Origin: an uncultured Ignavibacteriales bacterium
GTDB taxonomy: Bacteria > Bacteroidota > Ignavibacteria > Ignavibacteriales > Ignavibacteriaceae
NCBI GenBank assembly: GCA_965511205.1
Contig: CBEPPX010000001.1
Coordinates: 1-26,038 of the forward strand
DNA length: 26,038 nt
Reading direction: 5' to 3'
In this document: positions 17,422 to 26,038 of the stretch, piece by piece
Layout of the letters: each line of letters opens with the position of its first letter
How positions within the stretch are numbered: the stretch's first letter is position 1
The notes under the pieces: model-generated
Database searches by the model: none
What the model was told of the DNA's origin: nothing
Seen by the model: only the letters and a program-made list of their open reading frames with translations
Translations under genes and position numbers: made by a program

Positions 17422-17904
17422 ATGACTAAGAAAAATATATTATTTGTTTGCCTTGGTAATATTTGTAGGTCACCTGCTGCTGAAGCTGTGATGATAAGAA
17501 AATTAACAGGTAATAATTTAGGGGATAATGTAGAAGTTGATTCGGCTGGAACAATTGATTATCATGCAGGAGAACAAGCAGATGCAAGGATGAGAGTCTA
17601 TGCCGAAAAGCGTGGTTACAAACTTACACATCTTGCAAGAAAATTTAATCCTGATTCCGATTTTGAAAATTTCGATTATATAATCACCATGGATAACAAC
17701 AACTTTGAAGAAATAAAAGCTCTTGATCTTGATAATAAATTCACAAAAAAAATATACCGGATGGCGGAATTCTCAAAAAATTATGATGTAACAGAAATTC
17801 CTGATCCATTTTACGGTGGCAGGGAAGGTTTTGAAAATGTCCTGGATATACTAGAAGATGCAGCTTCAGGTCTTTTAGAAAAGCTCGAAAATGATTTTAG
17901 ATAA
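17422..17904 (+). CDS. Low molecular weight protein-tyrosine phosphatase family protein
   Basis: P-loop VCLGNICRS, DSAGT, FDYIITMD and IPDPFYG. I prefer ATG 17422 over TTG 17410. Confidence 0.93.
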   Translation: MTKKNILFVCLGNICRSPAAEAVMIRKLTGNNLGDNVEVDSAGTIDYHAGEQADARMRVYAEKRGYKLTHLARKFNPDSDFENFDYIITMDNNNFEEIKALDLDNKFTKKIYRMAEFSKNYDVTEIPDPFYGGREGFENVLDILEDAASGLLEKLENDFR

Positions 17905-18763
17905 AAAAATAGTAACACAACTTGAACACAAGTTAAAGCAAAAAATTACCGATATCACTCCCCTCTCTGGTGGTTGTATTAGCAGCGCCTACAAACTTAA
18001 GTTAAACGATAAACGAAAACTTTTTCTTAAATATAATACTTCTGCTTCTAATAAAATGTTTATTACCGAAGCACACGGATTGCAAGAGCTAAATAAATCC
18101 GCTGCTATGCGTGTGCCTGAAGTTATAATGTACGATGACGATTTTATTCTGCTTGAATATATTTCACAAGGAAATAAGAGTAAAATATTTTTTAGTGAAT
18201 TTGGAAGAAGTTTTGCTTTGATGCACAAGCATACATCTGAAAATTATGGTTTTTACGAAGATAACTTTATTGGATCCAACGATCAAAAAAATATCCCCAC
18301 GGATAAAGAAAGAGAAAGTTGGACTTCATTCTATTTTAACAAGAGGATTTTATTCCAGCTGGAACTTGCCGAAAAGCTGGGCTACGCAACTTCTGAATTG
18401 ATAAAAGGAATTGGAAAACTTGAAGAAAATATTGAAGAGATAATTGGTACAAACGATGAAGAACCTTCTCTTCTGCACGGTGATCTTTGGGGAGGTAATT
18501 ACATGGTTGATGAAAACGGAAACGCATGCCTAATCGATCCGGCAGTTTATTATGGGCATCGTGAGGCAGACCTGGGAATGACAAAATTATTCGGTGGATT
18601 CAGTTCAGAATTTTATGAAGCTTACAATGAAGCTAACCCTTTACAGGATGGATATGAGTACCGTGAAAATATCTATAAACTTTACCATGTGCTTAATCAT
18701 CTTAACCTCTTTGGCGGAGGTTACTACTCACAGGCAATCAGTTTAATACATTTTTATGTTTAA
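17891..18763 (+). CDS. Fructosamine kinase family protein
   Basis: LSGGCIS, EAHGL, DNFIG..Q.N, PSLLHGDLWGGN, IDPAVYYGHREADL and YHVLNHLNLFG. It overlaps the phosphatase gene by 14 nt. Confidence 0.93.
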   Translation: MILDKKIVTQLEHKLKQKITDITPLSGGCISSAYKLKLNDKRKLFLKYNTSASNKMFITEAHGLQELNKSAAMRVPEVIMYDDDFILLEYISQGNKSKIFFSEFGRSFALMHKHTSENYGFYEDNFIGSNDQKNIPTDKERESWTSFYFNKRILFQLELAEKLGYATSELIKGIGKLEENIEEIIGTNDEEPSLLHGDLWGGNYMVDENGNACLIDPAVYYGHREADLGMTKLFGGFSSEFYEAYNEANPLQDGYEYRENIYKLYHVLNHLNLFGGGYYSQAISLIHFYV

Positions 18764-18765
18764 AT

Positions 18766-18797
18766 AAAAAAAAGAGAAGAAATAAATTCTCCTCTTT
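18766..18797 (-). terminator. Intrinsic terminator for the FKBP gene, possibly bidirectional
   Basis: Minus strand AAAGAGGAGAA-TTTAT-TTCTTCTCTTT (one G-U pair) followed by a T run, between convergent genes. Confidence 0.6.
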
Positions 18798-18824
18798 AAC
18801 TAACCAGTTATGGCTATAACCAGT

Positions 18825-19655
18825 TTACTGCATATCTACCAATTCAACATCAAAAATCAAAATGGAGTTTGGTGGAATTGTTCCTACAGAAAGTCCTCCA
18901 TAACCTAATTCCGGTGGAATAACTAATCTAGATTTACCACCTTTTTTCATCAACTTCAAACCTTCTTCCCAGCCGGGGACAACCTGCCCCATTCCTAAAA
19001 GGAAATTAAACGGATCGTCCCTTTCAACGGAACTATCGAACTTTGTTCCATCAATTAGAAAACCTGAGTAGTGCACAGTAACAACATTTCCTGAATCGGC
19101 TGTCTCGCCTTCACCTTCGGTAATTATTGAATACTGCAAACCGCTTTCTGTTGTTTTAAGTTTTGTGGAATCTACATCCCACATCTCAGCAACTATTCGT
19201 TCTTTCACATCTAACAGTTCTACCACTAGTTTAAGATCTGAGTTAGGTGGAATAGGGCCAATACCTTCTTCACCGTAAGCTAGATCCGAAGGGATGATAA
19301 TTGTACGTGTTCCGCCAATCTTCATACCAATCATAGCATCATCTACACCTTTAATAAATGAGTTTGTGCCAACTACAAATTTTACCGGTTGATTTCTTAA
19401 TTTTGAGTTCCCAATCATAGCGGCTTTTCTTAATTCTTCATTTGTCCAATCGGAAAAAAGATTGGAAGTATCTTGAATAACCCAACCGCTAAAATGAACG
19501 GTAACAAGTTCATCAGTCATAACTTCTCTGCCTGTACCCAGCGAATCATCAAAATATTGTAACCCGGAATCGAGTGTTACTACCTCGTTCTTTTGCGAGC
19601 AGCTAATTAAAGCAATTAAAAGTAGTGAGCTGAATATAAATAATATTTTTTTCAT
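18825..19655 (-). CDS. FKBP-type peptidyl-prolyl isomerase lipoprotein with two FKBP domains
   Basis: Lipobox LISC and two SGLQY...VTVH(F/Y)SG...IP..L.YG...IPPNS.L...VEL units. The second has GTKFDSS and VVPGWEEG. Confidence 0.93.
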   Translation of the reverse strand: MKKILFIFSSLLLIALISCSQKNEVVTLDSGLQYFDDSLGTGREVMTDELVTVHFSGWVIQDTSNLFSDWTNEELRKAAMIGNSKLRNQPVKFVVGTNSFIKGVDDAMIGMKIGGTRTIIIPSDLAYGEEGIGPIPPNSDLKLVVELLDVKERIVAEMWDVDSTKLKTTESGLQYSIITEGEGETADSGNVVTVHYSGFLIDGTKFDSSVERDDPFNFLLGMGQVVPGWEEGLKLMKKGGKSRLVIPPELGYGGLSVGTIPPNSILIFDVELVDMQ

Positions 19656-19816
19656 CGAAATCCTTTAAAATGTTGATTCGAAATATATAATTATTTTAAA
19701 CAACTCATTTAATGTACCCATCAATTTTACCATGTTTATTACTTTAATTAAAAGTACTTTTCTGCTGGATGTTTAATCATAACTTACATAAGAACTAATC
19801 TCCCGGACCCGCGAAT

Positions 19817-20497
19817 ATGATACGTCTAATATTAATTTTTACATCACTCTCTTTTTTATATATGAATACTCATGCACAGCATAATTCCCAGCTAATAAAT
19901 CATTCATCAGGCGAAAACACTAAATCTGATAATTCGTCTTCAATAGAATTAATTATAGATTCCGAGTTTACACTGGAAGAAGCACTTTATGGGCAAAAAA
20001 TACCAGCATCTGTTAAAACTAATCTCACTTTGATTAATGTTTTTTATTATGGTTTTGATGAAAAACTTCACCATGGGCAATTGGTTTTGCATAAAGCCGT
20101 TGCAGAAGATGTAAAAGAAATTTTTGAGATTATCCGGCAGATTCATTTTCCAATAGAAAAAGTTGTGCCAATTTGTGAGTATAAATGGTCGGATGAAAAA
20201 TCGATGAAAGATAATAATACAAGCAACTTTAACTACAGGTTTATTTCGGGAAGTAAAATTTTATCGAAACATGCCAGCGGACTGGCAATTGATATAAATC
20301 CTAAACAAAATCCATATATAAAAAACGGTACAGCTACTCCTGACGGTTCAGTTTATGAAATAGATTCTATAGGAACATTAACTGAAGATTCCCGAATTGT
20401 TAAAGAATTCAAGAAGAGAGGTTGGACCTGGGGAGGCGATTGGAAAAGTCTTAAAGATTATCAACACTTCCAGAAAAATCTTTCTGACAGTAAATAG
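19817..20497 (+). CDS. M15-family metallopeptidase (D-Ala-D-Ala carboxypeptidase / L-Ala-D-Glu peptidase-like)
   Basis: Signal peptide, NNTSNFNYR, SKHASGLAIDINP (SxHxxGxAxD), GWTWGGDW and DYQHF. Confidence 0.9.
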   Translation: MIRLILIFTSLSFLYMNTHAQHNSQLINHSSGENTKSDNSSSIELIIDSEFTLEEALYGQKIPASVKTNLTLINVFYYGFDEKLHHGQLVLHKAVAEDVKEIFEIIRQIHFPIEKVVPICEYKWSDEKSMKDNNTSNFNYRFISGSKILSKHASGLAIDINPKQNPYIKNGTATPDGSVYEIDSIGTLTEDSRIVKEFKKRGWTWGGDWKSLKDYQHFQKNLSDSK

Positions 20498-20522
20498 AAT
20501 CAGTGTAACTTTTTCACTTCTT

Positions 20523-20555
20523 CAGATTCAATTAAAACTATTGAAGTCTGTTATT
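20523..20555 (+). terminator. Possible weak terminator after the M15 gene
   Basis: CAGATTCAAT-TAAAACT-ATTGAAGTCTG hairpin with one bulge, followed by TTATT. Confidence 0.3.
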
Positions 20556-20756
20556 CCTCTTCTGCACAGCACTTTTCCTAATCTACCTTCCGGGATCTAA
20601 AACCTGAGAATAATCAAAGTTATAATATTATTTTTTAAACTGATTTCAATTTTATTGATTTAGACGATATTAAAATGGATTTTGTGATGTAGGATTAATA
20701 TTTAAGGGTGAATAATCTGACTATTGAATTGTAATTGTATTAATTACTTTGTTTAT

Positions 20757-21719
20757 ATGAAGAAAAAGTATCTATACATATTATTATTTTTTTTGCTGAT
20801 CAATTTTTCTTGTAGAGATAGAAACGATTTTGGTAGCGGAATTGATCCTACAATTGGAGGAATATATACTGAAATTGAAGGGGAGCAGGCAGGCGTGCTT
20901 GCTAAAAATAAATCTCCTTTTTTTGTCTCCGGAAATATCACAGTTAATACACTCGATACATTAATCATCCAGCCGGGAGTTGAATTATTTTTCAAAGAAA
21001 AGACGAGCCTTAATGTAAATGGTGTACTCATTGCCGAAGGTACACGAATTGAGCCGATTAGATTTACAGCTTTCGAATATGATTGGGAAGGTGTTCATAT
21101 AATTAATTCTGCAGGAAACTCATCATTAATTTTTTGCATTTTTGAATACATCTATCTTCCCAGGCAGATATCGGCAGAGAACGGTGCAGTTGAAATTGAA
21201 AACACAAATGTTGAAATAAGAAACTGTTACTTCCAAAATAACTATGTGCAAAACGGCGGCGGGCTTGCAATAACAAACTCCACCGTAAATGTGATTAACA
21301 ACATATTCCAAAATAATACCGCAGATGTATATGGTGGGGCAATTCTTACTCAGAATTCTTCCAACCAAATAATCAACAACACTTTTTATAAAAATACCTG
21401 CTACAACTTCGGGGGCGGGCTTGTAATTGCTGATCCGGTTAATGAAGTTATACAAAATAATATCTTTTTTGATAATCTCTCGTACTATGGTGTTGATCCA
21501 CAGATTGCAATTGTTTCAGGTGATTCTTCGAACATATATGAGCAGTATAATTTTCTTGCCTTCGGAACTATGGATCCCCTCTTCATTTCTGAAGATGATC
21601 TTCACCTTTCTGAACTTTCGCCATGCATAAACAACGGAAATCCTTTACCAGAGTTTAATGATCCGGATGGTTCACTCAATGATCAAGGTGCATATGGTGG
21701 ACCCAACGGTGATTGGTAA
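20757..21719 (+). CDS. Right-handed parallel beta-helix repeat lipoprotein
   Basis: ATG 20757 gives MKKKYLYILLFFLLINFSC (lipobox). It carries IQPGVELFF, GVLIAEGT...PIRFT, FxxN...GG(G/A)(L/I) repeats and C-terminal DPLF...LHL...SPCIN.G...DPDGS.ND.GAYGG. Confidence 0.8.
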   Translation: MKKKYLYILLFFLLINFSCRDRNDFGSGIDPTIGGIYTEIEGEQAGVLAKNKSPFFVSGNITVNTLDTLIIQPGVELFFKEKTSLNVNGVLIAEGTRIEPIRFTAFEYDWEGVHIINSAGNSSLIFCIFEYIYLPRQISAENGAVEIENTNVEIRNCYFQNNYVQNGGGLAITNSTVNVINNIFQNNTADVYGGAILTQNSSNQIINNTFYKNTCYNFGGGLVIADPVNEVIQNNIFFDNLSYYGVDPQIAIVSGDSSNIYEQYNFLAFGTMDPLFISEDDLHLSELSPCINNGNPLPEFNDPDGSLNDQGAYGGPNGDW

Positions 21720-21756
21720 GATTAACCCTTCCTTTTAAATTTATTATCTTTGTAAT

Positions 21757-22290
21757 ATGAAAATCGATTTGGGTAAATGCCTTATTCGCAGTTATGAACA
21801 TTTTGATAATCAAGCGCTGGTTAAGTATGCTGATAATTACAAAATATTCAGCAGACTAAAGGACAGCTTTCCTCATCCATATACTGAAGAAGATGCGGAA
21901 GAATGGCTTGGACTTGCTTGCAACCAAAATCCTGAACTGAATTTTGCGATTGCGAATGAAACTGAATTGATTGGGACAATCGGGCTTCAGCTTAAGGATG
22001 ATGTTGACAGGTTTTCAGCCGAGATTGGTTACTGGATTGCTGAGCCTTTTTGGGGACAGGGCTTTGCTGCTTCTGCTCTTTTAGCTATGACTGACTATGC
22101 GTTCAAACACTTTAAGTTTAACCGGTTGTTTGCTGGGGTATTCGAAGGAAATGATGCTTCGGTTAAAGTTTTAGAGAAAGCCGGTTATAAATTAGAAGGT
22201 AAATTAAGAAAAGCCGTTTATAAAGATGGGAATTTTTTGGATGAGTATATTTATTCAATTCTGCGAGAAGAACATATAAATATTCAGTGA
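21757..22290 (+). CDS. GNAT N-acetyltransferase, RimJ/RimL family
   Basis: FPHPYT..DA..W, AEIGYWIAEPFWGQG and N.ASVKVLEKAGYKLEG.LRK. Confidence 0.92.
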   Translation: MKIDLGKCLIRSYEHFDNQALVKYADNYKIFSRLKDSFPHPYTEEDAEEWLGLACNQNPELNFAIANETELIGTIGLQLKDDVDRFSAEIGYWIAEPFWGQGFAASALLAMTDYAFKHFKFNRLFAGVFEGNDASVKVLEKAGYKLEGKLRKAVYKDGNFLDEYIYSILREEHINIQ

Positions 22291-23738
22291 TCATCAAAGT
22301 GGATATCAAAAACAATATTAAAAATCTATTTGAAACCTGGTCAGGCGAAAAAGCGCAGGTAATTTCAGCTCTGCCGCAATCAGGTTCTTACAGGCAATAT
22401 TATAGAATATCCGGAAACAGTAAGTCTGCCATCGGTGCATTTAACCCGGATCACAAAGAGAACAAGGCATTTATAACTTTTACAAAACATTTTAGATCGA
22501 TTGGATTGAACGTACCTGAATTTTACCTCGATGATGAAAATTCAGGGACATATTTAGTTGAAGATCTTGGTGATGTAAGTCTTTTTTCTAGCCTTTCTGA
22601 AAACAGGAATCTTAAGGAGTTCCCGGAAAAGGTAACCTCATACTATAAAAATTCAATAGAACATTTAATCCGTTTTCAGTTTGATGGAAGTGAAGAATTA
22701 GATTATTCTGTTTGCTATCCACGAAGCAGTTTTGATAAGCAATCAATAATGTGGGACTTGAATTATTTTAAGTATTATTTTTTAAAACTTACAAAAACAG
22801 TTTTTGATGAACAGCAGCTTGAAAATGATTTTAATAAGTTTGCCGAATTTCTTCTCTCCGCAGACATGAATAACTTTATGTACCGCGATTTTCAATCTCG
22901 TAATGTAATGATTAAGGATGATGAACTTTATTTTATCGATTACCAGGGCGGAAGAAAAGGTGCATTGCAATATGACGTTGCATCGCTTCTTTTTGATGCA
23001 AAAGCTGATCTTCCACAAAAAATAAGAGATGAATTAGTTGAGTTTTACATCCAAATTTTATCTAGTAAAATAAAATTAAACCGGGACGAATTTTTAAATC
23101 ATTACTACGGCTATGTATTAATAAGAATATTACAGGCATTAGGTGCATACGGTTTTAGAGGATTGTATGAAAATAAAGTACATTTTTTAAAAAGCATTCC
23201 TTTTGCAATTAAAAATCTTAATTGGTTATTGGATAATAATCTATTGCCGGAAGGTTTTCCTGAATTACGGAAATCATTAACCAAAATTATTAATAATGAA
23301 GAGCTATCTAAATTTGAGTATCATGAAACGCAGGATAAATTAAAAGTAACGATTAATAGTTTTTCGTATAAGAATGGTATCCCTTTAGATCTTAGCGGCA
23401 ACAGCGGGGGATTTGTTTTCGATTGCAGGGCGCTTCCTAACCCGGGGAGATTAGAAAAGTTTAAAGAGTTAACTGGAAGAAATAAGGAAGTAATATTTTT
23501 TTTGGAGAAAGAATCTACTGTAAATAATTTTTTAGAAAATGTTTATAAGATCAGCGAGGATTCAATTAAGAATTATATTGGAAGAAAATTCACTTCCCTG
23601 GTTATAAATTTTGGATGTACCGGCGGACAGCACCGTTCTGTTTACTCTGCTGAAAAACTTTCAACTCTTCTTAAAAATAAATTTGATATTAATATTGAGT
23701 TAAACCATACAGGGTTAGAGCAAAAAGGAAAAAGCTGA
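22287..23738 (+). CDS. AmgK-like (APH-fold) sugar phosphotransferase fused to a RapZ C-terminal domain
   Basis: SGSYRQYYR, VEDLGD, YRDFQSRN, IDYQGGRKG and YDVASLL in the kinase part. From about 23340: INSFSYKNGIP, FVFDCRALPNP and GCTGGQHRSV, matching the RapZ/YvcJ C-terminal domain. Confidence 0.85.
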   Translation: MIIKVDIKNNIKNLFETWSGEKAQVISALPQSGSYRQYYRISGNSKSAIGAFNPDHKENKAFITFTKHFRSIGLNVPEFYLDDENSGTYLVEDLGDVSLFSSLSENRNLKEFPEKVTSYYKNSIEHLIRFQFDGSEELDYSVCYPRSSFDKQSIMWDLNYFKYYFLKLTKTVFDEQQLENDFNKFAEFLLSADMNNFMYRDFQSRNVMIKDDELYFIDYQGGRKGALQYDVASLLFDAKADLPQKIRDELVEFYIQILSSKIKLNRDEFLNHYYGYVLIRILQALGAYGFRGLYENKVHFLKSIPFAIKNLNWLLDNNLLPEGFPELRKSLTKIINNEELSKFEYHETQDKLKVTINSFSYKNGIPLDLSGNSGGFVFDCRALPNPGRLEKFKELTGRNKEVIFFLEKESTVNNFLENVYKISEDSIKNYIGRKFTSLVINFGCTGGQHRSVYSAEKLSTLLKNKFDINIELNHTGLEQKGKS

Positions 23739-24466
23739 TGCGCGCAATGATTCTTGCTGCAGGTCTCGGCACCCGCCAAAAACCTATAACTGATACTATT
23801 CCCAAAGCACTGGTAAAAGTTGGAAACGCTACGCTTCTTGAGATATGTATTAAAAATTTAGTAAAACAAGGAATTTCAGATATCATAATAAATGTATACC
23901 ATTTTGCAGATCAAATAAAAAATTTTCTTGCAGAGAATAATAATTATGGTGTTAATATTTCAATCTCAGATGAGACCGGAAAACTTCTTGATACAGGCGG
24001 TGGATTAAAAAATGCTGCGTGGTTTTTTGATGACGGCGAACCATTCCTTCTTCATAATGTTGATGTTATTTCAAGTTTAAATCTTAAAACACTTTATGAT
24101 TTTCATATAAATTCAAAGGCAATAGCTACTTTAGCTGTAAGGGAAAGAGAATCTAGCAGGTATTTACTTTTCAATTCAAAAAATATATTATGCGGCTGGA
24201 AGAATGTAAAAACTAATGAGATTGTGAGTTTCGCAAATATTGAATCACTTAAGGAATTTGCATTCAGTGGGATTCATATAATTAATCCGAAAATATTTAC
24301 CTTAATGCCAAATGATGAAATATTTTCTATGATCAATTTGTATTTGAACATTATGAAGAGCAATATTGTTAACGCTTATATTGATAATGAATCGTTCTGG
24401 ATGGATGTTGGCAATCCGGAGAGTTTGAAAATAGCAGAAGAGAATTTTGATAAGTTTTTATTGTGA
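23738..24466 (+). CDS. murU: Nucleotidyltransferase, MurU-like (MurNAc-1-phosphate uridylyltransferase)
   Basis: MRAMILAAGLGTR.KP.TD..PKALV, LLDTGGGLK, LHNVD, FSGIHI and WMDVG. It is translationally coupled (TGATG) to the AmgK-like gene. The substrate is inferred from context. Confidence 0.75.
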   Translation: MRAMILAAGLGTRQKPITDTIPKALVKVGNATLLEICIKNLVKQGISDIIINVYHFADQIKNFLAENNNYGVNISISDETGKLLDTGGGLKNAAWFFDDGEPFLLHNVDVISSLNLKTLYDFHINSKAIATLAVRERESSRYLLFNSKNILCGWKNVKTNEIVSFANIESLKEFAFSGIHIINPKIFTLMPNDEIFSMINLYLNIMKSNIVNAYIDNESFWMDVGNPESLKIAEENFDKFLL

Positions 24467-24484
24467 TGATTCATTTATTTATTA

Positions 24485-25222
24485 TTAATTATACCTATCC
24501 ATCTTAAACTTCTCGCCTAAATATAACTTTTTAACTTCTTCATCATTTGCTAATTCATCTGCGCTGCCTTGCTTAAAAATAACCCCGTCTATTAAGATGT
24601 AAGCTTTATCAACAATGCTTAAGGTTTCATGAACATTATGATCGGTTATAAGAACACCAATCCCCCTGTTCTTAAGGTTTGCAACAATGTTCATAATATC
24701 CTCCACTGCAATAGGATCTACTCCAGCAAAGGGTTCATCAAGTAAAATAAAACTCGGATCTGTTGCAAGTGAGCGGGCAATTTCAGTCCTTCTTCTTTCA
24801 CCGCCGCTAAGCTGAAATCCCTTGCTCTTTCTTAGATGACCAATTGATAATTCATCAAGCAGCCGTTCTACTTTTTCTTTACGCTCCTCTTTATTAAGTT
24901 TTGTCATTTCGAGTACCGCCATCAGGTTATCTTCAACTGTTAACCTGCGGAATATAGAAGCTTCCTGAGGCAAGTAACCAATTCCCATTTTCGCTCTTTG
25001 ATACATCGGCACTGTGGTTATCTCTTTCTTATCCAAAAATACTTTACCCGATTCCGGTTTTATCATCCCGGTAATCATATAAAAGGTTGTGGTTTTCCCT
25101 GCACCGTTTGGTCCCAGCAGCCCAATTATTTCACCTTTGGAAACCTGCACGGAAGCTTTGTTAACAACCTTCCGTTTTTTATAGATTTTTACGAGTTCTT
25201 CGCTTCTAAGAGTTGTAGACAT
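24485..25222 (-). CDS. lptB: LPS export ABC transporter ATP-binding protein
   Basis: GLLGPNGAGKTTTFYM, GIGYLPQEASIFR, LSGGERRRTEIAR, LLDEPFAGVDPIAV and ITDHNVHETL. Confidence 0.96.
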   Translation of the reverse strand: MSTTLRSEELVKIYKKRKVVNKASVQVSKGEIIGLLGPNGAGKTTTFYMITGMIKPESGKVFLDKKEITTVPMYQRAKMGIGYLPQEASIFRRLTVEDNLMAVLEMTKLNKEERKEKVERLLDELSIGHLRKSKGFQLSGGERRRTEIARSLATDPSFILLDEPFAGVDPIAVEDIMNIVANLKNRGIGVLITDHNVHETLSIVDKAYILIDGVIFKQGSADELANDEEVKKLYLGEKFKMDRYN

Positions 25223-25240
25223 AATTTTAATATATAAATT

Positions 25241-26038
25241 TTAATTCTCCAATCCCGATAAGAGTGCTTCTTTTACCGGGCGGTTTTTATAAAAAACAAA
25301 TTTAGGCAAAGTAAATGTTCTTTCAATACCTATTACTTTATTTTCCGGGTGATACTCGCTTGTGGGTGAACCATATAACCTTACTTCACTTACTTCATTA
25401 TCAAAAAATATTATGGTTGCAGCCTTTGCCGATGACTTGGTCAAACCGCTTGGTTCCTCTTCTTCAAACATATAGTAGATGCTGTAAACACTTCCTTCAA
25501 ACTTTGTACTTTTAATATCGCTCTCTTCAAAATGCATCTGCAGGTTATTGGATGAAGTCTGATCGAATCTTTCAGGATGTGTTTTACTTTTTGAAAGCAT
25601 AAAAGCATTACTGTTTACATCCAAAGATTTAATTTCATTCTCTTCCAAATAAATAGTGATTGAGTCTCCGGTTAGCTGTGAATTCTCATACCAGAGAATG
25701 GGTCTTTCTCCTTCATCGCCCATTTTTTCTGTGATGATCTTTTTATCAGTTCTTAAATAGAGTGTAAAATCATTTACAGAAGCAAATGCGCCACGGATAA
25801 TTTTAACAGAGTCTTTGGCTTTAAATATGTTCGCAGTGTCTCTCATTCCTTCCATCACTTCGCATTTAATAATAAGCGAATCGATTCGGAAACTTTCCAC
25901 CGAATCTTCTTCGGCTGTATAGATAGTATCAATCTGAAGCAGCACAGGATTTTCATTTATTAGTGTATATTTTTTTTCAGCAAAATCCTCAAGGTGATCT
26001 CCAAAAATAATTGTGTTATTATCGTAACTAACAATCTT
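25241..26038 (-). CDS. OstA/LptA-like beta-jellyroll protein (5' end outside window)
   Basis: The frame stays open past the track's GTG at 25945 to the window edge (KIVSYDNNTIIFGDHLEDFAEKKYTLINENPVLLQIDT...). It has beta-rich units such as PILWYENSQLTGDSITIY and lies directly upstream of lptB. Confidence 0.72.
   Translation of the reverse strand, partial: KIVSYDNNTIIFGDHLEDFAEKKYTLINENPVLLQIDTIYTAEEDSVESFRIDSLIIKCEVMEGMRDTANIFKAKDSVKIIRGAFASVNDFTLYLRTDKKIITEKMGDEGERPILWYENSQLTGDSITIYLEENEIKSLDVNSNAFMLSKSKTHPERFDQTSSNNLQMHFEESDIKSTKFEGSVYSIYYMFEEEEPSGLTKSSAKAATIIFFDNEVSEVRLYGSPTSEYHPENKVIGIERTFTLPKFVFYKNRPVKEALLSGLEN

Noticed and set aside
19750..19761. Perfect palindrome AAAAGTACTTTT in the divergent FKBP/M15 intergenic region
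   Set aside because: Short and AT-rich with no second copy noticed, so it is plausible by chance.
20397..20600. 67-aa ORF spanning the M15 gene end and the intergenic region
   Set aside because: It overlaps the M15 gene out of frame and has no RBS or motif.
10368..25515. Remaining short antisense or overlapping ORFs in the track (e.g. 10368-10619, 17989-18228, 21126-21455, 24998-25237)
   Set aside because: All lie within or largely overlap well-supported genes, on the opposite strand or in another frame.
1..26038. CRISPR arrays, tRNA/rRNA, IS elements, prophage or integrase
   Set aside because: I saw no spaced direct repeats, RNA gene signatures, transposase/integrase motifs or terminal inverted repeats.

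Overview
AT-rich bacterial chromosomal segment, gene-dense, with no rRNA, tRNA, CRISPR array or mobile element that I can see. Gene content and style suggest the Bacteroidota-Chlorobiota-Ignavibacteriota group, probably Ignavibacteria (inference). Most genes are housekeeping or envelope genes. In order: a partial Na+/H+ antiporter-like transporter, asnS, a C69 dipeptidase, a PAS-GAF histidine kinase, feoA-feoB-fur with a candidate Fur operator, an MBL hydrolase, a TolB-like lipoprotein plus M28/PA/PDZ peptidase, an OB-fold protein, yjbQ, LMW-PTP plus fructosamine kinase, a double FKBP, an M15 peptidase, a beta-helix lipoprotein, a GNAT, an AmgK-like kinase fused to a RapZ C-terminal domain plus a MurU-like nucleotidyltransferase, lptB and a partial OstA-like gene. 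The most unusual element is a two-gene minus-strand operon at 4366-7661. It encodes a 177-aa unknown protein with possible RNase H/EndoV-like topology and an intact 918-aa protein. The large protein joins an unknown N-terminal region, a SNF2-type helicase fold and an Mrr-type nuclease fold, and both enzyme domains appear to have lost their catalytic residues. A sigma54-like -24/-12 element and upstream palindromes precede the operon. All family assignments come from motif recognition by eye; no searches were run.
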